Shown in pieces: positions 1 through 9,137 of a DNA stretch of 64,000 nt (positions are counted from its first letter, which is position 1; every line of letters begins with the position of its first letter). The stretch is from Leptolyngbyaceae cyanobacterium (GTDB lineage Bacteria; Cyanobacteriota; Cyanobacteriia; Phormidesmidales; Phormidesmidaceae): the NCBI GenBank assembly GCA_965263355.1, contig CBDHHL010000032.1, positions 288,001 through 352,000 on the forward strand, given 5' to 3'. Below the pieces are notes generated by a model that was given only the letters and a program-made list of their open reading frames with translations, was not told the origin of the DNA and did not search any database. Both the position numbers and the translations under genes were made by a program.

Positions 1-790
1 TCAGCTCAAATACCTCACGATTGAGCTGTGTGAATTCAGGTGTGAGCATATCGTCCACATGGCGGGGTCTGGTGAGAGGGATATCTAATTCCGCTTTGAT
101 CCGACCTGGCTGTACCCCCATGACAAAAATGCGATCGCCTAAAAAGACCGCCTCTTCAATATCATGGGTCACAAAAATAACCGTTGTTTTCAACGTACTC
201 CAAATATTCAGTAACAGCTCTTGCATCATGTGTCGAGTTTGGGCATCTAAAGCGGCAAAGGGCTCATCCATTAGCAACACCGATGGTGAGTTTACCAGGG
301 CTCTGACAATACTTGCCCGTTGTTGCATACCGCCAGAAAGCTGATTAGGATAGGCATTGCGATACTTACCCAATCCCACCAAGTTCAGGTATTCTCCCAC
401 CATATCCTGACGTTCCGCCTTAGGAATGCCTTTGATTTTGAGCCCAAATTCGACATTTTGGTAAGTGGTCTTCCAGGGCAGTAAAGAATATTGCTGAAAG
501 ACAAACCCCCGATCAGCACCTGGCTTTTTCACATGATGCTGATCGACCATGACATAGCCTGCCGTGGGCTTGATAAAGCCTGCAATAATATTCAAAAGTG
601 TGGATTTACCACATCCCGAGGGTCCCAAAAGACAGACAAGTTCTCCAGGTTTAATCTGTAAATTAACCGAATCTAGAACCTGGGTAGACTGGCCACGCCG
701 GGTAAAGGTCATGGAAATACCTTCTACGTTAACCGCCCCCTTGGAGTTAGCCTCTGTCTTGGTGGGTACTGTCAATGTTTCTTGGATCAT
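1..790 (-). CDS. ABC transporter ATP-binding protein (TauB/SsuB/NrtD type), runs off the window
   Basis: Manual minus-strand translation MIQETLTV...; Walker A GPSGCGKST, signature LSGGMQQR, Walker B LLMDEPF, VTHD. Not in the ORF track. Confidence 0.95.
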   Translation of the reverse strand, partial: MIQETLTVPTKTEANSKGAVNVEGISMTFTRRGQSTQVLDSVNLQIKPGELVCLLGPSGCGKSTLLNIIAGFIKPTAGYVMVDQHHVKKPGADRGFVFQQYSLLPWKTTYQNVEFGLKIKGIPKAERQDMVGEYLNLVGLGKYRNAYPNQLSGGMQQRASIVRALVNSPSVLLMDEPFAALDAQTRHMMQELLLNIWSTLKTTVIFVTHDIEEAVFLGDRIFVMGVQPGRIKAELDIPLTRPRHVDDMLTPEFTQLNREVFEL

Positions 791-798
791 GGCTCCTA

Positions 799-1662
799 CT
801 ATGCATCCTGTTTTTTAATCACACGCCAGGGCATTAACGCCGCTGTACCGCGTCCAACCGCCCAGGAACTAATGGCCCCCATTAACCCAATCAACAACAT
901 TCCCATAACAATGGGAGGATAGTTGGAGGTCACATAGGACTCCCAGGTGATGTAACCGACACCATATCGGCCAGCCAAAATTTCGGCTGTGACCAGACAA
1001 AACCAGGCATTGCCCATGCCAATAGTGAGGCCACTGGCGATGCCGGGTAACGCACCAGGGATAACAATATCCTTAAAGACATGCCATTGATTGGCCCCTA
1101 GACATTGACCCACCCGAATTAGCACAATATCGTGCAGTATATTTTCAACGGCACGAATGGTACTAATTAAAACCGGAAAGAATGCTCCAATAAAGGTGAT
1201 ATAAATCATCCCTGTTTCGGCATTGGGAAACATCAAAATTGCTAGTGGAATCCATGCTACAGCAGGAATGGGCCTCAACAATTCTAAGGCTGGCATTAAT
1301 AGATCTTCGGCAATTTGAAACCATCCAATAATGATACCTAGGACAACGCCCAACACTGAGGCAACAGCAAATCCCACCAGTACCCGCACTATACTAGAGC
1401 GAAAATGGACCCATGGATCACTGGTAAAAAATTCAACGGTCGCTTCCATGACTTCCCATGGTGATGGAATGAGTTGAAAGTTAATAAAGAACTTAAACCC
1501 AATGACACATAGGATCTGCCAGATACCAAAAAACAGGACCAGGGCAATCAATCGCCTAAGCGAACGACCGGTGAACAAGAACGTTTTCAACGTTTGGGAT
1601 AACCCCGCAATTGGGCTGGAACTAGATATTCGAGCCCGAGATTGGGGAAGGGTGCTGGCCAT
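799..1662 (-). CDS. ABC transporter permease (SsuC/TauC type)
   Basis: Multiple TM segments, LRPIPAVAWIPL, EAA-like loop GQCLGA...IVIPGALP; lies between the SBP and ATPase genes. Confidence 0.93.
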   Translation of the reverse strand: MASTLPQSRARISSSSPIAGLSQTLKTFLFTGRSLRRLIALVLFFGIWQILCVIGFKFFINFQLIPSPWEVMEATVEFFTSDPWVHFRSSIVRVLVGFAVASVLGVVLGIIIGWFQIAEDLLMPALELLRPIPAVAWIPLAILMFPNAETGMIYITFIGAFFPVLISTIRAVENILHDIVLIRVGQCLGANQWHVFKDIVIPGALPGIASGLTIGMGNAWFCLVTAEILAGRYGVGYITWESYVTSNYPPIVMGMLLIGLMGAISSWAVGRGTAALMPWRVIKKQDA

Positions 1663-1689
1663 GGTGGAAAACTAGATAACATCATAGGG

Positions 1690-1851
1690 GGGCACAACTT
1701 AACGCGAGACAATTTCTCCAATACAGAAGTCGGAATATTCTGCGAGAAGAGCAAAGCTCTACGGAGTTCGGAAGGCGAGCCTCCTCTGACTTCCTAACTC
1801 CGACTTCCGACTTCTAACCTGGCCAAGATTTCCCGACTAAAGTTGATGCCC
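1690..1851. repeat. MITE-like element, family A, copy 1
   Basis: Imperfect TIRs GGGCACAACTTAACGCGAGA / TCCCGACTAAAGTTGATGCCC, internal TTCCGAC heptamers; similar to 50629-50786 and 53778-53916. Confidence 0.7.
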
Positions 1852-1909
1852 AATACAAGCCTTGCCCCTACAGAAGCAATGGCCAGACAGGTAAATAGAC
1901 AGACTTTTT

Positions 1910-3526
1910 CTAGCCTGCTAATGCTGGCACAGCATCCACCATAGCCTGACGTAGATCCTCTAGAGTTAAGCGGCTAATTCGAGCGGGTTGAGGGCCATGG
2001 GCATAGGTCTGCAACAGACTCTTAAACGTCGTTACCTGACCACCTGATTCAGAGGCAAACTTCTGTGCATCAGCCTCTAACAAAAAGGCAGAGACTTCAT
2101 CTCCCTTTTTAACATAATAAGAGTTCTCAGCAAATAGTTTCCAACCCTTATTACGGTCATGGACAAAAATTACATCGGCCGCCTTACCATCGGTCTGTAG
2201 CTCATTGAGCTTCTTGATCATATTGGGAATGGTGGCAAAGTCAGTCACCGTAGGTTCTTCTTGAATCCACAGTTGAGCCGCCATCTTAGGCTCTTCAATC
2301 GGTTCATTGGTGAGGGCGTCATTACCAGTAATCACATAGTTCTCACCGGCTTCAATCACTTCGTCATAGTTTAACCCCATGTTATCCATGGCAGTTTTCA
2401 AGAAGCTCTCGTCCACCCACTGAGTAACGTCTTCAGGGTTAACGGGCGATTCAATCTTACCTAGACTAATCAGCGTGGCAATACTGTTTTTCAGGGCTTC
2501 TAACTGGATGTCGCCAATGCTGGGGTTAATGGGTTGTAGACCGGAAGGTCCGAGAAACATGTAAACCACTTCTTTCTCGATACCTGACCATTCTTCGATT
2601 TTGGCAGAGATTTCTTCGGGTTCTTCCTGAAATGTTTGGTTGGCTTCAAGCATAGCCTGCAGGTAAGCTTGAACAATTTCCGGATGTTCTGCAGCAAAAT
2701 CAGACCGAACAACAATGCCATGTAGTGTAGGCACGCCGGTTTGTGCCCCGTCAAAAATCTTTTTCGCAAAGCCCCGGAAGGGGAAGAGTTCTCCAAAGGG
2801 AACAAAGTCAGCATGGGCATCGATTTGGCCCGTACGAAGACTGGTTCCACCCACTTCAGGTGCTTGACTAATGAGTTTCACATCGGTCTCTGGGTCAATG
2901 CCATTATCGCTTAACGCTTTGAGCACCATCCCGTGGGCGGCAGACCCAAAGGGCACAGACACTGAGCCGCCCTTTAAATCAGCTAGGGAGGTGACATCAC
3001 TGTCTTTGGGCACAACAACAGCGTTGCCAGCTCCATTGGGACTGTAGGCCAGGGTACCAATAAATGTGGAGGTAACATCGCCTGCTTCTTCCTGGAATTT
3101 GATCAAATTAATCACTGCTGGGAAATCTCCCATCAAGCCTATATCAATCTGATCAGCGAGCATTTTATTAGTAATCGGTGGCCCCGATGTATAGCTAGAC
3201 CACTGAATATCATACTCTACACCTTCGTATTTGCCTGTTGTGGGCAGATGTTTTTCTAACAATCCTAATTCTCGTACGGTGGCACCTCCAACGGCTGTAT
3301 TGATTACCTGATCCTGGGTACCGATGGAGATCCGGATAACCTCTCCGTTTCCAGAGGAGGCACTGGCTGTATCAGTGGACCCGTCAGCAGTCTCACTGCC
3401 AGAAGGGGGGGCAGAACAAGAGGCAATAAAAATTGCAGAAACTGTGAGAGCACAAGAGAGAGAAAGTCTTCTAAGCCAAGAATAATGAGACTTCATAGCG
3501 AGGGCACTCCGATCAATTTGCTCCAT
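1910..3526 (-). CDS. ABC transporter substrate-binding lipoprotein (SsuA/NMT1-like) with C-terminal extra domain
   Basis: Lipobox IASC; SGPP, DIGLMGDFP, PFGSAAH motifs; ~140-aa C-terminal extension. True start may be 3496. Confidence 0.88.
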   Translation of the reverse strand: MEQIDRSALAMKSHYSWLRRLSLSCALTVSAIFIASCSAPPSGSETADGSTDTASASSGNGEVIRISIGTQDQVINTAVGGATVRELGLLEKHLPTTGKYEGVEYDIQWSSYTSGPPITNKMLADQIDIGLMGDFPAVINLIKFQEEAGDVTSTFIGTLAYSPNGAGNAVVVPKDSDVTSLADLKGGSVSVPFGSAAHGMVLKALSDNGIDPETDVKLISQAPEVGGTSLRTGQIDAHADFVPFGELFPFRGFAKKIFDGAQTGVPTLHGIVVRSDFAAEHPEIVQAYLQAMLEANQTFQEEPEEISAKIEEWSGIEKEVVYMFLGPSGLQPINPSIGDIQLEALKNSIATLISLGKIESPVNPEDVTQWVDESFLKTAMDNMGLNYDEVIEAGENYVITGNDALTNEPIEEPKMAAQLWIQEEPTVTDFATIPNMIKKLNELQTDGKAADVIFVHDRNKGWKLFAENSYYVKKGDEVSAFLLEADAQKFASESGGQVTTFKSLLQTYAHGPQPARISRLTLEDLRQAMVDAVPALAG

Positions 3527-3551
3527 TTAATCGGTAGGAGAAAGGGGTATC

Positions 3552-3567
3552 TGTAAATAGAGATACA
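3552..3567. promoter_or_regulatory. Possible NtcA-type site TGTA-N8-TACA upstream of the ABC operon
   Basis: TGTA AATAGAGA TACA inside a 7-bp palindrome; no clean -10 at the canonical spacing. Confidence 0.3.
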
Positions 3568-3659
3568 GATGCTTTGTTGGTGCTCTCTAGGGTAATAAGG
3601 ATTTTGATTAGACTTATAGATATCTTTTATTCATAGTCCACCAGACAGCGATCAGCTGC

Positions 3660-4040
3660 TTAAATTTCCCAGGCTAAAAAGCCAGCAATCTGACTGGCCA
3701 GGATGTTAGGGTCAAAGGGTTTGGTAATTACTCCAGATGCCCCGGCTTCGTATAGCCGCCGCCGATCTGAGGCCTGGGCTTTGGCGGTTAGAAAAATGAT
3801 CGGAATATGAACGGTGGTAGCATTTTCCTTTAGAGCAGCTATGGTGGCTAACCCGTCCATACCAGGCATGGCGACGTCTAGAAGGATGGCGTCGGGCATG
3901 GTTGCGATCGCAACCTCCAGCCCCTCCTCCCCTGAATTCGCCGTTATCACCTGCCAGTCAGTATTCAAGGTCAGGCCGATCCGAGCAACGGTCTGAATGT
4001 CAGTTTCATCATCAATCAGTAAAATCTGTCGGCGGGTCAT
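3660..4040 (-). CDS. Single-domain response regulator (CheY/RcaF-like)
   Basis: LLIDDE, LLDVAMP, FLTAK, KPF motifs; overlaps the kinase stop codon. Confidence 0.93.
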   Translation of the reverse strand: MTRRQILLIDDETDIQTVARIGLTLNTDWQVITANSGEEGLEVAIATMPDAILLDVAMPGMDGLATIAALKENATTVHIPIIFLTAKAQASDRRRLYEAGASGVITKPFDPNILASQIAGFLAWEI

Positions 4041-5962
4041 GATGGCTTATCTTGGATAGATGGCTTAGGCAACGTAAAACAAAATGTACTCCCCTGGCCA
4101 TGGACACTTGTCACCCAGATCCGACCATCGTGGTGCTGAACAATTTCACGACAAATGGCTAGCCCTAATCCAGTTCCCCCATGCTTACGAGTATCGGACG
4201 CATCCACCTGTTGAAACCGCTCAAAAATGGTTTCCAGTTTATCCTCAGGAATCCCACGCCCCTGGTCAATCACCTTAAATAAAACCTGGTGGGGTTGTTC
4301 CACAGCTTTGAGTAATACCGTTTCATCTCGGGGAGAAAACTTAATCGCATTACTCAAAAGGTTGGTCAAGGTTTGTTCGATGTGATCTGGGTCAGCGTAG
4401 ATGTAGGTATCAACGGGAATAATCTGCACCGTTACCCCCTGGGCCTGGGCCATGGGTCGCATCGCCTGGGCCGCCTGTTCTAACAAATCTGTCACCTGGC
4501 AGCGCACCTTAAGCATTTTGATCCGACCGGACTCAATGCGCTCCAGGTCAAGTACATCGTTGATCAGACGAGTCAGTCGCTCAGTATTATTCAGAGCAAT
4601 TTCCAGCAGTTCTTGCCCCTGGGGTGCTAACTGGCCTAGTTTTCCGGTGGTTAATAACTTGAGTGCACCGTGGATTGACGTAAGGGGTGTACGTAATTCA
4701 TGACTTACCACTGACACAAATTCATTTTTAAGTTGGTCGGCGGCCTTGTGGGCACTGATGTCTTGGGTTAATGCAAAGCAACCCCGCACCTGCCCCGCTT
4801 GAATATCCGGTTGATAAGAAATGCTAACCCAATGGTAAGGACGATCTCTATCGGGAAATTCGGCCTCAAAGAAAACACTCTGGCCAGCCAGCGCCTGTTG
4901 TAAATAGGGCTGAATCGTATTGTAAATATCGGGTCCGAGGGCGGTGGACAGCGATTGGCCCTCAAGGGATTTGTAAGGTACGCCCAACCATGTTTCATAG
5001 GCACGGTTATTAAAGCGATAGCATTCATCCGCATCGATATAGGCAATCAGGACTGGCAATGCATTCGTGGTAGTGCGCAACTGTTCTTCACTGCGACGAA
5101 TGGCGGCTTCTGCTTGCAAGCGTTCAGTAATGTCCTGCAGCATGACAGTAAACCAAAGACCATCCTTGGTTTTACTTTTAGAAATGGAAGCTTCGGCTGG
5201 AAAAATCTCTCCATTTTTACGACGACCGCTGACCTCTCTTCTACGCTTACCCATACGACGAAAAGACGCTAACGATTGACCAAACGTCGTCACATGGTGA
5301 CGGTGAATGGAGCGCAAGGCCTCCGGTAATAGCAGGTCAAGCGATTGACCAACCGCTTCGGCGGCAGTATAGCCAAATATTTGTTCAGCGGCTTGGTTAT
5401 AGAGGCGAATCTTCTGTTGCTGATCAATACAGATAATGGCTTCCCCAGCCAGCTCAAAAATATTTGCCAGGGTTTGTTGATTATCCAGTAAAGCGATCTG
5501 AGTTTGAGTTTGTTTGTTCAGGGTATCGACCGTATCTAAAACCGATTTTGAAAAATCACGCTCCTGCAGCAACGACTGTTCGACGTGTCGCTGCTCAGTA
5601 ATATCAGTGGCCGCTGCATAGATCAGACGATTGTGGGCTAGCGCATTCCATACTAAATAGAGGTAGCCACCATGGCTACAACGATAGCGATTTTCAAAGG
5701 TGATACTGCCGTCTTCCTTGAGCAGTTTAGCGATCGCAGCCTGGGAGCTTGACTGATCTTCTGGATGCACAAAGTCAATAAACGGTTGGGTAATCAGGGT
5801 TGCCCTAGCATGACCCAACACATTAGAAAACTGAGGCGTCACTTGCTGAAAACAGCCATCAAAATCAATGATGCATAACAGGCTAGGGGTAACTGCCAGC
5901 AATAGCTCTAAGTTTTGCCCGATCAATGGTGGATTCACTGGATGATGCTCAGAGCTAACCAT
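4037..5962 (-). CDS. Cytoplasmic PAS(x3) sensor histidine kinase
   Basis: Three PAS/PAC repeats; H-box SHELRTPL; NLLSNAIKF, DQGRG, GTGLGL. Confidence 0.94.
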   Translation of the reverse strand: MVSSEHHPVNPPLIGQNLELLLAVTPSLLCIIDFDGCFQQVTPQFSNVLGHARATLITQPFIDFVHPEDQSSSQAAIAKLLKEDGSITFENRYRCSHGGYLYLVWNALAHNRLIYAAATDITEQRHVEQSLLQERDFSKSVLDTVDTLNKQTQTQIALLDNQQTLANIFELAGEAIICIDQQQKIRLYNQAAEQIFGYTAAEAVGQSLDLLLPEALRSIHRHHVTTFGQSLASFRRMGKRRREVSGRRKNGEIFPAEASISKSKTKDGLWFTVMLQDITERLQAEAAIRRSEEQLRTTTNALPVLIAYIDADECYRFNNRAYETWLGVPYKSLEGQSLSTALGPDIYNTIQPYLQQALAGQSVFFEAEFPDRDRPYHWVSISYQPDIQAGQVRGCFALTQDISAHKAADQLKNEFVSVVSHELRTPLTSIHGALKLLTTGKLGQLAPQGQELLEIALNNTERLTRLINDVLDLERIESGRIKMLKVRCQVTDLLEQAAQAMRPMAQAQGVTVQIIPVDTYIYADPDHIEQTLTNLLSNAIKFSPRDETVLLKAVEQPHQVLFKVIDQGRGIPEDKLETIFERFQQVDASDTRKHGGTGLGLAICREIVQHHDGRIWVTSVHGQGSTFCFTLPKPSIQDKPS

Positions 5963-6099
5963 AGCATCTTAAATTAGCGATGAAAATTCTCTGTGCTTAT
6001 CCTAACAATGGCTATCAGGCAATGGGCAGTGGGCAGTCGGCGGTATGTCCGATAGTCCATAGGCTTATTTTTTTAAGAAAAGACTATTGGCTTCCATGA

Positions 6100-6121
6100 T
6101 CCTCACATTTTCTTCAGATTT
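6100..6121 (+). promoter_or_regulatory. Candidate OmpR-family direct-repeat site
   Basis: TCCTCACATTT-TCTTCAGATTT, 11-bp period, just before TAGGGT (-10-like) and the 6157 gene. Confidence 0.35.
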
Positions 6122-6156
6122 TTACCGTAGGGTATGAGTATTAGTAGGCCAGGTCA

Positions 6157-6546
6157 ATGCAGTATCTCTACAGTTTTGCAAATGTGAGTCTAATCCTTAG
6201 GGTAATGGACCGCATATCTCAGATGCCCCATCTGTCGTTAAAGTCCCTGACGGTTGTTTATTTAGTCGATCGTTGGGTGATGCGCTTAAATCTCAAACAT
6301 GCCTTAAATGTTTCTACCGAGAAAAGTTTAATTGCTTTTTTCATGGAGAATGGCATGCCCCATCATCCATCTATGCAGTTGCGCAACGCCTTTAGAGCGT
6401 TAGATCAGGAACAAACACCCACCCAAGTTATGAATCAGTACCAGGTGGTGGTGGTTTCCCATGGTTTACCTGATCCAACCGAGCTACACGAATTTTGCGC
6501 CCGTTTTGTTGAGGGGTTGGGCTATTATCCGCCCAGTCTGGTGTAG
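6157..6546 (+). CDS. Conserved cyanobacterial hypothetical protein
   Basis: 129-aa ORF; Y.fANxSL.LRV...SHG.P...GLGY pattern resembles a family I recall from cyanobacteria. Confidence 0.7.
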   Translation: MQYLYSFANVSLILRVMDRISQMPHLSLKSLTVVYLVDRWVMRLNLKHALNVSTEKSLIAFFMENGMPHHPSMQLRNAFRALDQEQTPTQVMNQYQVVVVSHGLPDPTELHEFCARFVEGLGYYPPSLV

Positions 6547-6589
6547 TAGGGGCACCCCTTGTGGGTGCCCTATTCCCTTGTGGGTGCCT
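6546..6589. repeat. GTAG-type REP palindrome with partial duplicate
   Basis: GTAGGGGCACCC-CTTGT-GGGTGCCCT followed by a second CCCTTGTGGGTGCCT; between convergent genes. Confidence 0.7.
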
Positions 6590-6602
6590 TATCCTAATGC
6601 CC

Positions 6603-8420
6603 CTAGGAGTGGTGGATCTGATTGAGAATACGTACAGCCAGTTCAGAGGTTGCCACTGATTTATTAATAAAATCGTCACCACCAAAACGAAATGCACGAC
6701 CACGGGTAGTTTCCGCTTCGTGAACCGTGAGAAATATGATGGGCAGATCGTACCAGCGTGGATCTGCCCGTAACACCTGACAGACCTCAAAGCCACTCAT
6801 CTCCGGCATAGTGACATCCAACACCAGGGCATCTGGCTTTATTGTTTCAAGGGTTTCCCAAAGCCGTTTGCTATTAGTCAACGGGGTAATGTCAAAATTC
6901 CAAGGGGCAAGACTGACCTGTAATAGCTTTAAGATCTGCGGATCGTCATCAACGATGATAATTTTGGCAGGAGCTGTGTTCGAGCGCATCACCTTTAATG
7001 CGTCTGAAATCACCTGCTGAGGAGAACTAGCGCGATCCAGCAGCTGGCTCGCCCCCTGCCGCACTAACTGCAAACGGATCGAGGCTGGTAATGCCGGTAA
7101 TAGTAGGCAAAATGGCCCAGTAAATTTCTTGGTAAAGTTAGCAATGTCCTGGAGCAGCTGAGTGGGCAATTGCTCAGCGGGTTCATTCGCTAATGCTTCC
7201 TTAGTCAAGCTAGATGGCGGCAGATCAAACACAACCAGCTGGGGTTTAAGCTGATGCAATAGGCGCTGGGCATGGATTAAGGTATTGGCCTGACGCACCC
7301 GTAGGGATTGCTGTGTCGCCTGCAAACTCAGCTGATCCACCAGGTGACGATCCGGGCTAATCAATAGCAACAGAGGTACCCCAGCTGTAACCGTTTCAGT
7401 GGCATCTTCCACCGACGTTTGAGTAATTTCGTTGCGCAGCTGTTGCACCAAACGATGAAACTGAGCCGCTGGAATATCGGTGGATGGGTTAATTTGCAAC
7501 AATTTTTCCAACCGTTGAGCCAGGGTAGACCCCATGGAAAACCCAAAGCTACCTAATGCACCCACCAGTTTATGGGCCGTCATTTGACTGGTTTGAGAAA
7601 GTTCGCTACCGAGATTACCCTGTTGGATTGCGATCGCAGCCTTTTCCAGCACCTCCACCCGTTCCTGCATCACTCCCCGATATTTTTGCCAGGCTTGCTC
7701 CACAGCCAGGGTGGTCGACGACTTAGGCAGGGCTGCTTCAACCGGTTCGCTGACATTCAGCCGATAGCCCAACCCATAAACCGTTTTGATTAAGTTCTTG
7801 GGAGCCCCCACCATACTCAGCTTTTGCCGGACTCCCTTGATGTGGGTCCGCACAGCATCTTCACTGGGTGGGTTTTCAAAGGCCCAAAGGTCATCAATGA
7901 TAGCATCTAAGCTATAAACCCGATTGGGCCGTCGCAAAAATAACTCCAGGAGAGCGAATTCCTTGGGGGTAAAATGTACCGGATTGCCATTGTAGGTAGT
8001 TTCACAGGTACTGGGGTCTAGCGTAATCCCGCCCAACTGCAGCACCGTCGGTAATCCCACCTGCTCCCGGCGTAGCAATGCCCGAATACGTGCACCCAGT
8101 TCATCCAAGTCAAAGGGTTTGACCACATAGTCATCAGCACCTGCATCCAACGCCTTGACCTTTTGGGCAGGGGTCCCCGTTGCTGACAACATCAAAATCG
8201 GCTGTTCGTAGCCACCCTGGCGAAAGGCTTTGCAAAACTCAATACCACTGCCATCAGGCAGATTCAGATCAAGCACCACCAAGTCATAGTTAAACAGGTC
8301 AAGGTACCCCTGAGCAGTTTGACCATCAGTGGCAATATCCACAGCATAGCGTTGATAAATGAGCTGGCTGGCCAATGTATCCATCAGCGCTTCGTCATCG
8401 TCTATCAACAATATACGCAT
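6603..8420 (-). CDS. Multidomain response regulator REC-wHTH-Hpt-REC-REC (RcaC-like)
   Basis: N-terminal REC (LDLNLP, KPF), OmpR wHTH (TPKEFALL, TVYGLGY), Hpt AHKLVGALGSFG, degenerate REC, C-terminal REC (LDVTMP). Confidence 0.9.
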   Translation of the reverse strand: MRILLIDDDEALMDTLASQLIYQRYAVDIATDGQTAQGYLDLFNYDLVVLDLNLPDGSGIEFCKAFRQGGYEQPILMLSATGTPAQKVKALDAGADDYVVKPFDLDELGARIRALLRREQVGLPTVLQLGGITLDPSTCETTYNGNPVHFTPKEFALLELFLRRPNRVYSLDAIIDDLWAFENPPSEDAVRTHIKGVRQKLSMVGAPKNLIKTVYGLGYRLNVSEPVEAALPKSSTTLAVEQAWQKYRGVMQERVEVLEKAAIAIQQGNLGSELSQTSQMTAHKLVGALGSFGFSMGSTLAQRLEKLLQINPSTDIPAAQFHRLVQQLRNEITQTSVEDATETVTAGVPLLLLISPDRHLVDQLSLQATQQSLRVRQANTLIHAQRLLHQLKPQLVVFDLPPSSLTKEALANEPAEQLPTQLLQDIANFTKKFTGPFCLLLPALPASIRLQLVRQGASQLLDRASSPQQVISDALKVMRSNTAPAKIIIVDDDPQILKLLQVSLAPWNFDITPLTNSKRLWETLETIKPDALVLDVTMPEMSGFEVCQVLRADPRWYDLPIIFLTVHEAETTRGRAFRFGGDDFINKSVATSELAVRILNQIHHS

Positions 8421-8668
8421 CGTACCGAGATAGAAAGCTATCTGTGGAAACCTACTTAACTATATAAGTCGGAAATGTCTGTAAATTATCAATCTTTTAT
8501 AAAAGTTATTTCTCTTTGAGGGAGCAAAAAGCAGTTTTAGCAGGTATTGCTAACACACAACATCACAAAGAATTTTCTAGAATATAGACACTATCCACGT
8601 CCAGAACTGTAGTTTTGCCCTAAAGGAAACACCAGGTTTCAACTTGGACGTGGTTTAGGTGAAAGCTT

Positions 8669-9019
8669 ATGGTGTGCCTCCCAAGCCAAGGTTGGGAAGA
8701 GGGATTTATGAGACGGTTTTCTATGCCTATCCCACATTCACTCAGTTTTGCAGTGGCTAGTGTTGCAGCCATATTGGGTTGCTCTACAGCCGCCATGGCT
8801 CAGACTGTTCCAGGTCCGAGTTTACCCATTACCGTTGACTCGTCAAGCCTGGCTAGAATTGCTGCTGATCTGGCTTATCCCAACAGCGCTCAACGCTTCT
8901 TTGAGGCCGGCAAGGCTCAGTTCGAAGAAGAGATCAAACGCCTTACAGACGAAGATATCCAGTCTGACCCCCTACTAACGATAAGGCCAGAGGTGCTAGA
9001 TCAGTTTGAAGACGAATAA
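8669..9019 (+). CDS. Hypothetical secreted protein
   Basis: Signal-peptide-like segment ending AAMA-Q; SAQRFFEAGKAQFEEEI motif. Start may be 8708. Confidence 0.65.
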   Translation: MVCLPSQGWEEGFMRRFSMPIPHSLSFAVASVAAILGCSTAAMAQTVPGPSLPITVDSSSLARIAADLAYPNSAQRFFEAGKAQFEEEIKRLTDEDIQSDPLLTIRPEVLDQFEDE

Positions 9020-9137
9020 TTTATCAACGCCAACAGTAAGTAGGAAACTTAGCAAGAAAGCATTCTGCTAATTCAATTACAGTGCAACTGCCCGCGACAT
9101 AGGATAATAAAGGATTCGTTGACAAACGGGTTCTACC

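Noticed and set aside
21..818. Plus-strand ORFs 21-344 and 564-818
   Set aside because: Antisense shadows of the ABC ATPase.
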